This document shows, in pieces, positions 1 to 12,618 of a stretch of 64,000 bases of DNA. This stretch comes from Epiperipatus broadwayi. Taxonomy: Eukaryota > Animalia > Onychophora. The first letter of the stretch is position 1; each line of letters begins with the position of its first letter. The translations under genes were made by a program, and so were the position numbers. A model generated the notes under the pieces. It saw nothing but the letters and a program-made list of their open reading frames with translations, did not search any database and was not told the DNA's origin. The stretch lies in NCBI GenBank assembly GCA_028023455.1, contig JAQFVV010000009.1, positions 1,240,001-1,304,000 of the forward strand, read 5' to 3'.

Positions 1-981
1 AATTTCCACAGAAGAAAAATCAAAGCAATAATAGAAATTATTGAAGGAATATCCCCAACCAATTAAACAATTAATATTCATAGGCCAAAGTTTTCCTTTA
101 ACAACAGAAAAGAAAGATAATGCATTTAAAAAATATCTTTTATAGAGTAATAATTGTAATTATATATTTCTGAAATATTTTTGAGTGAAGATATTAAAAA
201 TAGTAAAAAAAAAAAAGTCGCAGATCACATGACCCCATTCTCTTAAGCCTATAAGATATAATAGCTGGGTTTGAAGACTTGTAGGTGTCTGAAAATTTCA
301 AATTTTCCATTCGATAACTTTTAGTTAAATGTTGGCTTTGGGTTGGTATTTTTAGATCTAGTGTCTGGAGATACCCTAGCGCCTCTCTGGGAAGTGCATG
401 GTCAGAAGTGGGGGGGTGGGTTCCTGACAGATATTTTAAATGCTTTCTCTGGCTAAGCATTTATCACAAAGCTTGTTGAACAATTGGCAATGCTCACTGT
501 TTAAGATATTATTAGTCTTAATATAATAAAACATTAAATTTATAACATGTGCACCAAACATTTATTATTATTACTTTAAACCATTTCATTACTAACATAT
601 AAGAATGTAAACCATTTAAGTCTTATAAAAAAAAAAAATCTATTAACCATTGCTTAATTCATAATCTAGCATTGACTATTAATATAAAGAATGATAAAAC
701 TTTGTTATTGATATAAAAAAAAAAATTGTGCCAGAACTATATATATCAGTGGTGCACAATCTTGAGCCAATTTAGAATTTAAAAATTTTAGTCGAGTCAG
801 AAATAAATTTTGCACTTATTTCACTTTTAAATGTTATTAATGCCCAAATAATAATTTGTATATCTACTTAATGAATAATATTTCTGCAGTGTAACTTTTC
901 ACTACACTGCTCTCATGCAAGATAGGGACTTGTTTTTATCTGTTTTTAACACCTTGTGGAGGAGTGTATTTATAAATATAT

Positions 982-1053
982 GACCAAAGATATGAAAAAG
1001 AAATATGATCCCAGGATGGATATTTCATGCTGAACCATCATTCATTAGTTGTC
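982..1053 (-). ncRNA. Degenerate type I hammerhead ribozyme
   Basis: Minus strand reads gacaa-CTAATGA-atgatggttcagcat-GAAA-tat...ata-TC-tttggtc. One substitution in CUGAUGA; AUC cleavage triplet. Confidence 0.6.
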
Positions 1054-1422
1054 TCAGATCACAATCTCTCATACATATCTTTATCATTGTTCAGTATATA
1101 TAGATAGCCAATTACTACAATTTAATTGATAAATGTCAAACTTACTGCCTTCAAAAACCATTTAATGGAAATTTATTAATGATTTTTATTAGAATGAAAA
1201 ATTATCTACTTAATGAATAATATTTATGCATTGTAACTTTTTTCTATATTATTCTTATGCAAGGTAGGAACTGATTTTTATTTGTTTTTAATATACTTCC
1301 ATTAGTGGTTTGTGTCAAAGTTGGGAGAACAGTAAATTTGACACTTATCCATTAAATTGTAGTAATTGGCTATCTATATATAGTCGACAATAATAAAGAT
1401 ATGTGTAAGAGGTTGTAATTTG

Positions 1423-1496
1423 GGCCAAATGATGCATGCTTGTTCAACATGAAATGTGCGTCTTTAGGTTCATATATATTTTTCACATGATGATCA
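1423..1496 (+). ncRNA. Degenerate type I hammerhead ribozyme
   Basis: ggccaa-ATGATGC-atgcttgttcaacat-GAAA-tgtg...cacatg. Heavily mutated homolog of the neighbouring copies. Confidence 0.45.
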
Positions 1497-1785
1497 TATG
1501 TTTGTGATTACACTTCTCCACAAGGTGTTAAAAATGGATAGAAATCAGTCCCTATCTTGTTTGAGAGTGGTATAGAAAAAAATTACACTACAGAAATATT
1601 ATTTATTAAGTAGATAATCTCTAGTCTAATGAATGACTAATAAAAATTTATTAATATACTTCATTAAGTGGTTTGTGTCAAAGTTGTGAAGGAAGGAAGT
1701 TTGACACTTATCATTTAAACTGTAGTAATTGCCTATCTATATATATTAAACAATGATAAAGATATGTGTAAGAGATTGTGATCTG

Positions 1786-1860
1786 AGCCAACTTATGATT
1801 ACTGTTTCAGCATGAAATGAGCATCTTAGGAATCATACTTTTTTTTCACATGTCTTTGGT
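1786..1860 (+). ncRNA. Degenerate type I hammerhead ribozyme
   Basis: gccaa-CTTATGA-ttactgtttcagcat-GAAA-tgag...cacatG-TC-tttggt. GUC triplet at 1852-1854. Confidence 0.55.
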
Positions 1861-2553
1861 AATATGTTTATGATTACACCCCTCCAAAAAATATTAAAAG
1901 CAGATAGAAAATAGTCCCTACCTTGCGTGAAAGTGGTATAGGGAAAAATTACATTATAGAAATATTATTCATTAAATTGACATTGCATGTCTTTTGCTAG
2001 TTTATTGTACTCTGGCACATACGGGTGAAATTAAAATCATTCAGATGTTCATTTGTTATTCTGAATCTGAACTTTGATTTTTAAAAAATTCATTGTTGAA
2101 AACCGCCTTTCACAAAGTTAACTTGACCCAAAGCAAGAATTTAACATTTGAAAAATTTTCTTTAATAATGGATATTTTTTCTCATCTACAAGTGTCCAAT
2201 ACAATACTAATTTTTAATTATAGATCAGATTGAAAATCAGTTATTTCATTTCTAAATTAGTAGCATTTTTATTTATCATATTTGTAATCTGTTTTGATAT
2301 TTCAGAAATATTAGTAGTATTAAATGGAATTAAAATGAATGAAGCAATTGACTGAATTTTATGAAAATCTAATTTCAAAATTATTTTTTAAGTTCAGTAA
2401 AATTTTCAGAATATTTTTCTGTTTTGATTTTCTTATATTTTTTAACATAATCTTCTAAATTTAGAAAGTGTCTAAAGTTACATTCCTTTATTTGGGATAT
2501 CCACAAATGTAATTTTGATTTAAATGTGATTAGTTTTTTGTTTTCTTTGAAAT

Positions 2554-3620
2554 TCAAGAATGAATATATTTATTTTTGTTGTTATGTCTAAGAAAAGCTA
2601 AATTGAATAACCAGCTATGATCACTAAATTCTTCATAAGTTTCGTTTCTGGATTCTATAAATTGTTTTATCTCTGGAAGAAACTCTAAAAATTGTTGTAA
2701 GACTTTTCCCTTGCTAAGCCATAAAACTTCAGAATGCAACATTAAAGTTCTATACTCAGCATCAAGTTCTTCAGTCTGTATTTGAATAATTTGCTCTGAA
2801 ATGGTCTGGTGCAAATAGAATTTAGAATTTTTAGAATAATTTTTATGACATATCATAAAGAAGCACTTTTGAGCATAATGCTTATTAACATATGATGCAG
2901 TGGTAGTGAAAAAAATTTGAAAACTACATAATGTGATGAAGTCAACATCAGAAAAATCATAGAAGGTATACCATCTTTTGGTATGGACACAAGTTTTTGA
3001 AGCTGGAAATTATTTCTTTAATCTGGTTTTTAATAACATGGTGTATTTACTCTTTATATGTACTTTCTTTTAATGGAAAAGCTGACAGTATACTGAGAAT
3101 TGTTACAGTCTATTCTTATAAAAATATTTATTTGTGCTATATTGCAGATGTCCGTTGATTCATCACACTATAAATTTAAAAAAATGCAGTTTACTTGTGC
3201 TGATATTTTCAGAAATTGCTTTTATTCTACTGAATTTCTGATAATTGGAAGTTCTTGGATAGCTTATATAATTTCATTCTTATTTTTAAATTCTTGAAAT
3301 AATATCTCTAATGCACCAAGCATTTCTTGTTTAATTATTTTGCTGTTCTCAAAAAGTTTTTATGCATTGAAAATTTATGTGCAATCCTAAATAATGCAAT
3401 TGTAGCAGCTTTTATTTTATTCATAGTCCTGATAAATGTCAACTGTTGGAAAACTAATGCAATTTTCAGTTCTTTCTTTATAGATTTTTTTAAATTGTTG
3501 TTAAAAGAATATTTAGTATTATATTTTCCATTAATAGTTGTAAAATGTCATTCTATGTTACATTTTTCCCCACAACAACTTGGGAACCACAAATCAACAC
3601 AAATACATTTATTTTTAAAA
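2554..3620 (-). pseudogene. hAT transposase remnant (GTF2IRD2/SPIN-like)
   Basis: Minus-strand translation gives KCNIE*HFTT, KLVSIPKDGIPSM (cf. TTDGAPSM), YHCII..ALCSKS and LMLHSEVLWLSKGKVLQQFLEFLPEIKQF..FSDHSWLFNLAFL (cf. HTEVRWLSRGKVL). Many stops and frameshifts. Confidence 0.85.
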
Positions 3621-4399
3621 TAAATAAAAAAATACTTCTCTTTCCCTTCCTCATAAAAATGATTGTTGTATATACATTTTTTTTTTTTTTTAATTTATAT
3701 GCATCTGTAAACAATTAACGTAAATAGAACAAAAATGTTTTTTTATATTTGCATGAAATCATCTGTCAGTTTCCTACAACTTTGAAAATTCACTTTGTGT
3801 AAAGAAGTATTTTCAACTGATTGCTCTTCCTGTAATTAATTTTCTTGGAGCCACTGCATCATCGGTTTGCATTGTTCCTAAAAGGTCACAATAAAAGGTG
3901 CGAGTCACATGTGGTTTATGAGCTGTAGGTTGGGCATATCTGATATATAATATACAAAACAATTCCTTTCAAAAACAAGAAGTTTTATAGAAATCAGTAT
4001 TAAAAAATTTAAGCTTAAATATAAACATCACAATTGTAAATTAGATATAATAAAAATTTCATTATTGAGAGTAATTTAACTGTAATATATATATAAAGCA
4101 GCAAATGCATAAATTATAAAAACATATTTCTCACATATTGTATTTTAAAATCAATTTTGTTATGTCTATAAATATTTAATACAGTATATTATAAACATAG
4201 TATAAGATTTTTTTTTCCATTAAAAGTGGATTATCACAAATTAGCATTTAAATTTATTATATAATTTAGTTTGAACAAAAGTATGATATTCATAATTTGT
4301 ATGATATCAGAAATCATATAATAGATTCATATGATGTCAAATTTTATATAACAAGTGGATTTGTACCATTAGAAGATGATGGTCTAAAAGAAAACTATA

Positions 4400-4860
4400 A
4401 TAAAATTATTGATGATAATAAGATTCCAGAGATGTAAAAGGCTGTGAGAATTAGATAATTATATAAAGGAATGGAAAGATAATTTAGGTTAACAAGCTTC
4501 AGATCAATAGCTATAATATCTATAGTTCTATTAAATATATATATATTAAATAATTATGAGTTTAATAACTCTTTAAGTGCCATATTCCATCTGATTGATA
4601 AATTAATTTCATTCTGAATTACTAACAATGTTGTCACCGGTATGCTTATAAACATCAGAGCTATTAAAAATATGTGGATTTATTCTATTCTTGATTCTTT
4701 GTTCAACATTTAGAGTATTTTTAAGTCATAACATGGGGGAGGATGATTTACTGCCTTTATACATATTAAATAATATAAAGATTAGGACTTGGATGGAAGA
4801 ATCTAAAAATCTTAGTGATTCAGAATGGATTTGAGGGAAACATAAGATAATTTACCCACT
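4400..4860 (+). pseudogene. Very decayed non-LTR reverse transcriptase fragment
   Basis: IPEM*KAV..LYKG and SFRSIAIISIV resemble the LINE RT N-terminal motifs (IP..WK.A / YRPI.L.S). Confidence 0.35.
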
Positions 4861-5039
4861 GTAATTCAAATGACAAATTACTTAAAGTATTTTTATGTGA
4901 ATAAGAATAGGTAGTAAAGAATTTTGAGTAATAAATTTGTGGTTTTTAAAGATAATAAGTTTCTTTATAATTAATAATATCTTTTTGTTTTTCCATTTCT
5001 TACAATACAAACATTATTTTCTTTAAATAATTTTATTTC

Positions 5040-5085
5040 CTCACAATTTTGACTGTCTGCAGTCTTCTTCAGTGCTTTTGTTAGC
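5040..5085 (-). ncRNA. Degenerate hammerhead core (CUGAAGA variant)
   Basis: Minus strand: CTGAAGA-a-GACTG-caga-CAGTC-AAAA. Perfect 5-bp stem II; GAAA to AAAA fits CpG decay. Homologous to the 43.9-kb copy. Confidence 0.5.
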
Positions 5086-6947
5086 TGCATATTTCACCAA
5101 GTGATACATTCTTAAAAAAACATTTTATAGTGAAGTTGATTATAATTTTCACATTTATGGCAGATGCTATGTAGATTATAAAAATTTATTTCAGATATTC
5201 TAAAGAATTACAATATTGATTGCTTTCATTAGAAAAATATGGCTAAGAGCAGAATATAATGGAGTTAGTCAAGTTGTAAAGACTTTCAGAAAGAAATATT
5301 TGCTGCTGAAGAGGCAAAAAGATAATATCTCATAATGTCAAATAAATAATTAGCCAGCAAGTAATGCAAATATTAAATACACATAGTTTAATGTATATGA
5401 AATTTCAATAGACGTAATACCACCTCTGGAATTTATGTATAAACAACAGTCATATATAAATAAAATCAAAGAATAGAATGGACTATCTATTCTTTAAACT
5501 TTCACTGGTTTTAAGCATTCATGTATTGATATTGTTGGAAAGAGATTTTGTGTATTAGCTTGATTTAAACATGATGTAAATTTTTCTGACATTACAATTG
5601 AATATTTAGAAGATAAAAGTAGTGTATCATTTTAACAACTTTATATAACATTAATTAAAAATCAGTTCATAAATGTAAATGTTAAGTATGCATAGCTTAA
5701 TATATATGAAATTTATATGTAAGTTTCACCACCTCCAGAAATTATGTATAAAAACATCTAATAAATGGAAAGCTTACATTGTTGAAATAGATCAAGTTTT
5801 AGTCTGATTAAATTATTCTGAAATTACATTTAAATATTTAGAGGATATGAGATGGTGTTTCATTTTTAAAAACTCATGTTAATGAAGTCAGTTTCTAAAT
5901 GTAAATACTAAATATTTGTAGGTTAATGTTTATCAAATTTAAACAGAAGTAACGACAATCACTCCATAATACATATAAATAGAATTTACCTCCTTTCTAA
6001 AAAAAATTAATAATAATAATTTCATGAAGTTGATTTAATGATTGTCAAGTTAATTTTTGGTAGCTTTAAATATAAATTTACAGGTTTCTTACAAGAGACT
6101 GGTGTTCATCTCATTCATAATAAATTTAGTGTTCACTATTGATGATGTTTGCTTTTGTATATTATTATCAAAAATCTCTTGAATAGTAGTATGAAAGAAA
6201 TCTTATGTAAAAAAAAAAAACCAATATATTTTTCAAAGTTCAACAAGAAAATGTATCTTTTTAATCAAAAGCAAATAAAAAATTTTAATCCATATAGTGG
6301 TTTAAATCCAGAATTCTTTTACTATTCACTTTGCCAGGTCACACTATTTTAGGAATATACCAAAATTAAGATTTTTTTAAAAATTATCTCGTCTTTTAAC
6401 ATACTATTTTGGTAAATAGACTTTAAAGGAGCATGTCATTTTGCAAATCACCACATCCTTGTATTAGTATTATTAGTCCTTTAATCACAAATATAATAAA
6501 TACAAAAATAGTGATAGAACTTTTTCTAGCTTATGCATAATAATAGAAGGATCCCAGAGATTTTCTTGAATGCTTTTTTTAAATCATGCTTTAAAAAAGT
6601 TATTTCTTTGGTTCCAGGCATATTAATCATCAGGTCAGCAAACACCATATCTCACCCATGATTCATTTAGTAGAACAAACATTTTTAAATTTCTCGAATG
6701 TTGTAAGTTTCAATAATGCAATGGACAAATCTTTGGTGTTTAGATGTCAACTGGCTTCCCTTTATATATATATATATTGGTATCCCTACTAAATCTTTGG
6801 GTAAAACTAACACTAGTTATAAAGGAATATTTAATTTTTAATAAATTATAATTCTTTTAAATCTCAAAACTAAGCCAGTATTATAAAAACAGTTTTTAAC
6901 TCATCTAATGGAATAGGTTCAATTTTAAATAAAATTATAAATAATTG

Positions 6948-7518
6948 CATACACAGGGGCTAAACTCTACATACAGTAGCTCCACACTCAGTCCAAGCCC
7001 AAGTAATGAATGGATGCAAGGTTTGTGCATAAAATCCCTATTTAGTGCTTACTCATCCAATATTCCCAGACTAGTTTCTAGCTTGGCTTTCATCAGTGGG
7101 GAGAATGGTGATAATGTGTTGTTTGGTGGTTTAATATCAGTCCTGCCCAATAGGATTATGGTGACTGGTTATTAAAGAGCCAAAGACATCAAAAAGTATG
7201 GATGCTCAACTGAGTTCAGATCTATATGACTATACAAGCTAATGAGCTTGAATTGAAAACATTATTGTGTTTTCATTTGGACTCAAAGTTTTATAGTTAG
7301 CTAATAAGGTAAAAGATGGCTGCTGGAGGGTTGCATTAGATCCTAAGATCTAGGTGCAGTGCTCTCAGATCCAAGATTCCTTATTGATGAAAGCCACAAG
7401 CTAGAAGCGAGTCTGGGAATATTGGATGAGTAAACACTAGATAGGGATTTTCTGCACAAATCTTGCATCCATTGATTATTCTGGCTTGCACTGTAGGGAG
7501 AATTTAGCCTTTGTGTAA
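6948..7518. mobile_element. Inverted pair of Penelope-like terminal repeats (arms ~6948-7100 and ~7383-7518)
   Basis: TGGATGCAAG..TATTCCCAGACTAGTTTCTAGCTTGGCTTTCATCA is matched in reverse complement by TGATGAAAGCCACAAGCTAGAAGCGAGTCTGGGAATA..CTTGCATCCA. Both arms carry a minimal HHR. Confidence 0.75.
7064..7100 (-). ncRNA. Minimal hammerhead ribozyme with palindromic stem III
   Basis: ccca-CTGATGA-aagccaagcta-GAAA-ctag-TC-tggg. Intact core, stem I ccca/tggg, ACTAGT palindrome, GUC triplet. Confidence 0.7.
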
Positions 7519-9009
7519 ACAGCTTGTGTAAGCATAAAGAATGGTGATCATGTGATGTTTAGTGGTTAAATAATTGCTTATTGGTATGAGAATATCTATT
7601 TTCAGAACTGGTTTAGGATTCACTCCAAATTATTTATACCTGCAGAAATAACTTTTTCCTATATTCTAATAATTTTACGTACACCTTAAGTTCCATTGTC
7701 TAAAGTTATGTATTATTAAGTCATCTGTATACTACTACTATCTGCAATCGTAATTACTATTGTTGCCATTTTATTATAATTTATTCTGCATCTCAATTTT
7801 AGATTTACTTCATAAACTTTAATGAGCTTTATTGTCATCTATTATTATTCTAGCAAAACTTATATTTATATGATGTAGTTTTAAGTACCTTTAATATAGA
7901 ATATATCCAGTATTTAATACATCACTTTGTGAAGAAGGCAAGTTTATTAATCTTGATTGATCTTTTACTCAACTAATAGTTAAATTATTAACACTTTAAT
8001 GCTGTGTTTTTAAGACCAAACCAATCAATTTTATTATCTGAAAGAAATCTTAAAAACTGCCTTTTAAAATTTTTTTTTTTTTGGTGCAGAGATAGCATAT
8101 CCTTTTTCTAAACCTTTGACATGAGGTACAAATCCAGGACAAATGTAATTCTTTTCAAGAGGCTTAGGATTTTTCTTTGCTAGCTAACCCATAACCAGTC
8201 TAAATAATTGTCCAACATTGATTAGTAAATGAGTATCTAATTATCCTTAGCTAGAGGGTTAAAATAAGAATAAAACATCTTTCAAACCTTCACCACCAAA
8301 CAAATTAATAAGTTTAATGAGTACTGCCTTCTTTTTCACTATTCTTCTATAAAGAATTATAAATTTATTAAACGCACATTGATTATGTAAGTAATATTAA
8401 CCAAGGCTATAACCTCGAGGATATTGTTGGAGAATCCCTTTACTCTGAAGTAAGCTAGTTATTATAAAACTCTTTCTATTTATTAAAAATGGTCTGCTGA
8501 AGAAGAAGTGGATAATAATAGGGAAAAAATATGTACTGAATGAAAATAAATATCTTAAAAAACACACAAAAATCCTAAAAATGAAAATAAATAAATTAAA
8601 TTGAATAAGAAACTTAGAATTTAAAAAAATCATATTAAATCATTCTCTGGACTTTAATCATGGTGAAGTTTGATAGTTTTATAAATATATATAATTTGTT
8701 ATTTTAGATATAATTTTTTCTATAGGAATTATTGCTAGATCACTTTTAAAATTTTCAGTTTAGAAGAATTGCTTTTGGCTGTTGTTTGACTAATTGTTTA
8801 GATATAAGAACTTTTCAATTGAAACAAAAACAACATATTAAGACAAAAAGGAATATGAAAATATTTAAAATAATCCAAGTAAAATTGAATATCTGGAATT
8901 CATAAAATAGTATGAAAAAGAGTAAAGTTTCAAAAGTACAAAACATTTTCATATTAAATGGAAAATTGTATCAGCAATAAGATAGGATGAACTATTATTA
9001 AAAGAGCAT

Positions 9010-10270
9010 AACATCATGAAATATGTGAAAGAGTTCTACAAAGAATTATAATAAAAAACTAGAAAATAAAATAATCTCTATAGTTATATTATTTTCGAAT
9101 TGCCACTTATTTTAAATGAAGAGAGAAGACTTGCAATTAAATTTATGAAAAAGAAAAATCTCCAAGAAATGATGGAATTATTATTAATATCTTAAAAGAA
9201 GCAAGTGAGGAAATAAAAAAACTGTTGTCAAAATTATATACTAAATGATAAAGATGTATTAGATGATTGGAAGAATGCAGTAGTAATAATTTAAGAAAAG
9301 TGATATAAGACGATATAAATCACAATCTTATCAATCTCCTATCATTTCTATAGAGAAACATTATCCAGATAATTGTAAATCATGTATAGCAAACTTTGGA
9401 GTCAACGCAGCCAAAAGAACAAAATTTTAAAATGTTTTTAGCACAGTGGATTATATTCAAATAGTGAGTTTAGCTCTAGAGAGGATTAATTTTAAAAAAG
9501 GCGATTCAACAGTGATTAAAGTTTTGGATTATCAGATGTAGACCCAGGATATCACATATTCTGATAATTTGTACCAAAATGCAAAAGCAATGATTAGATT
9601 ACTTGGTAACATTTAAGATTAACATTAATAATGGTTTATGTTAGAATTATTTCATATCTCCAAAATTTTTGCAGTAGTCTTAAAAGAAGTATTTTGTAAA
9701 TTAAAATGAGAAACTCAGCAAATGAAAATATGTTAATCTTATTTAAGTTATTTAGATTTTGCAGATGATGTGATGATTTTTACAAATACTTCAAAGCTTC
9801 AGAAAATATTGTAAGAGTTATCGGATGAAAATTAGGACTAAAGATAAATGCTAGAAAAGCTGAATAATGTTCAATAGATTTTCTAAGAAGAAAAAAATAA
9901 AGATTGATAATCATGGATTAAAAGAGATTTAACAACTACATAATAAATGAAATTAATCATAGAGTTAAATTTGAATCAAGTAATTTTGATAAAACAATTT
10001 AATATTAAAAAGAAGCATTTGCCTATATGTTTGAAAAGGAAAATTTTAAATAATTTGTTTGGCCAGTACTTATATATTGATTTAAGATTTGAACATTTAA
10101 CAGAAGAGCATAATATAGAACTTTAGACCACTCAATGAAGAATAGAAAGATTGGAAGTAATAAGAAGGGATCAAAAATAAAATATATGGAAGAGAAAACA
10201 AATTGATATTGAAAATATTAAAAATCTGGAGTTGGACTGAATATATTGCTAGAAAAAAAATATTAATACA
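9010..10270 (+). pseudogene. RTE-clade LINE reverse transcriptase remnant
   Basis: Motifs EFYKELY, DWKNAVVII, FSTVDYIQ, NLYQNAKA, SPKFF, VLKEVFCKLK, SYLDFADDVMIF (YADD region) and LKIN. Multiple stops and frameshifts. Confidence 0.8.
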
Positions 10271-10431
10271 AGAATGAATCAAAAATTATCTGCAATACAC
10301 TCTGGTTATATTAAAACTTCTGTTAACTGCACTATGTTATTAATGCTTTCCACACAAAGTTGCCATCTTCCAATCACTGCTGTACTGTTTTGAACATTAT
10401 ATCAGTTCAGATTGGTTGCAGTGCAAGAACA

Positions 10432-10790
10432 ATGACTGCACCACTTGTGATTTACACAAAAGAATTTCTGCTTGCACTGATTTCATTTTTTGTGATATTT
10501 ATTAAAGATTGTGCATAATATAAATAAAAAAAAGTATTTTTCTGTGAATAGATAGAAAAGTTTAAGGAAATTCACATAAGTGTCAGTCATGAAGAAGTCA
10601 GATGCTTATCCATGATCACAACTGAGAACAACATTGAGCATATCTGTAAACTGATTGTTTTATAAATGAGTGATTGGATTGTGTAACATATTATTCATAA
10701 ATCAATCATGGCTCAATATTCCATGATAGATTTGAAATGTTTCTGTGAGAAGTGTTCCAAAGCAACTCATGGAAGAGTATCCCTGGGACT
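10432..10790 (+). pseudogene. Mariner transposase 5' fragment
   Basis: MTAPLVIYTKE (cf. MAAPL.ICTKEEQR), IEKFKE..SVSHEE.., TTENNIEHI and an HDR...VPKQL-like segment (WVPKQL motif). Confidence 0.7.
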
Positions 10791-11159
10791 GCAAGAAAGC
10801 ATTTCCAGGAGTGTGAAAGTTTCTAACTTTTAGATGTTTGAGATAAAATTTAAAGCTGCCTTGTCATAATAATTTTTAATATAAAATTATATTAAATGAA
10901 TCAAATCATATATAATGTAATGAGAAAGTGAAGGAATTATATTTTAAAAGTAGGATGTATTTTAGAACAAAATATGTTAGAATAAACTATTTAAATAATA
11001 ATTTAAAAACTTCTATATCCTGAAAAAGAAAGAATAAAAAAATTGTTACATATTCTTGAGTATGAATGTTAACTATACAATTTGATGCAGAAATGGATGC
11101 TAATTTTTTTTAATCTACTGACATTAGTCGGTGACTAAAGCCCATCAATGGAAAGATTT

Positions 11160-12618
11160 ATATTGTTTATGGATTTATTTGTACAAAAGAAAAAGATGGT
11201 ATGCAACAACCACAATGCATTTTATGTTGCAAGATATTTCCAAACTCCAATCTCAAACTTTCGAAGTTGTTAGAGCATTTCAACAATGAGCATGTTAGTG
11301 AAGTTGCAGGACATAGTCTTAACATCTTGGAGTCTAAGATGGCATGATATCAATGGTACTATCACAAAATTTAATATTGTGGCTGTTCAAAAGCCCTTGT
11401 TAGAAGCTTCTTATCAAGTGGCACATCTGTGTATTAAGAAAAAAAAGTTCATACAATAGCTGAAGAATTGATAAAATCATGTGCATTAGAAAATGCAAAA
11501 TTTTATTAGATTCTGAAGTACAAAAGAATATTCAGCAGATTTCATTACCGAATGATGTGATTCGATTGCATATTCAAGATTTCAGTGATGATATTTTACT
11601 GCAAGTAATAGAAGATATCAAAGCCAATCCTCTAAAAGTGAGTATTCAACTGGACAAGTCAACTGATGTTAATAATTGCAGATACATTAAGGAAAGAGAA
11701 ATTTTGGAAGAATTTTTATTTTGTGAGCCACTGGAGGTGATATTTTTAATCCCCTTTAAGATTTTTTTTTAAACATCATGGCTCAGTTTGCACTGATGGT
11801 GCTCCTACAGTGTTGGGCAAAAAATTAAGATTATTTCCATATATCAAGACAGAAGTACCTCAAGTTACAATAATGCATTGCATGTTGCATCATCATACAC
11901 TTGCATTGAAAGCTTTGCAAGAGAATTTAAAATAACACTTAGCTATTGCAATAAATGTAATAAATTATATTTGAGGATGAGCACTTAATCATTGTAACTT
12001 TCATGTTTTTTGCCAAGATTACTGTGTTTCTTTATCACATCAAAATATCAGTCACCTGAATGAATTAAACACATCAATGCAAAGATTTGGTAGACACATA
12101 ACAATTAGTGAAGAATTATTTTCACTTATTGAAAAATAAAAATATGGACACGTTGAGTTGAAAATAGGAATTTTGCAAACTTTCTCTTGCTTGGTTCAAT
12201 TGTTCTGGAAAATGGAAAAAATCACAATTTTATAATTGAGTGAATCATTTCGTGGATATTTTTCTTCTGGAGATATTACCAAAGTTCAGAAATGGATTCT
12301 GGATTCATTTCTATTTGAGGGAAATTGAATGGATGACAAGGATTTAATAAAAGATGATCTTACTGAAATAAGAGCCTATACACATTCTATTTGAAAAGCT
12401 GGACTTACAACAATTGTTATATACAAGTAGAATATTATCTACATCTGGAAAAAGCAGCATTGTAGAGACTTCTACCATTTGCCACCACTTATCTGCATTG
12501 AAATGGAATTTTCAATACTTTTGCACATAAAAATAAAAACTAGAAATTGGCTCTTTCAAAAAAGGAGCCTCATTTTAAAAGTATTATTATGAATAAGCAG
12601 CAACAACCTTCCTATTAA
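11160..12618 (+). pseudogene. hAT Buster/Charlie-type (ZBED5-like) transposase remnant
   Basis: YGFICTKEKDG..PQCILC..KLSKLLEHF (BED finger), LLEASYQVA, HTIAEELIK, IQLDKSTDV, CTDGAP, HCMLH and LLPFATTYL; ends ..KQQQPSY* at 12618. Confidence 0.9.

Larger units (their letters stand above)
860..1985. repeat. Array of ~360-bp hammerhead-containing units: ~1.25 units in minus orientation (860-1290) joined to 2 tandem units in plus orientation (1290-1985)
   Basis: GTGGTTTGTGTCAAAGTT recurs at ~1306 and ~1669. Segment 860-1190 is the reverse complement of those units (e.g. TATCTACTTAATGAATAATATTT vs AAATATTATTTATTAAGTAGATA). Each unit holds a degenerate HHR core. Confidence 0.85.

Noticed and set aside
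194-470. 88-aa ORF or possible LINE C-terminal fragment
   Set aside because: No diagnostic motif could be identified.
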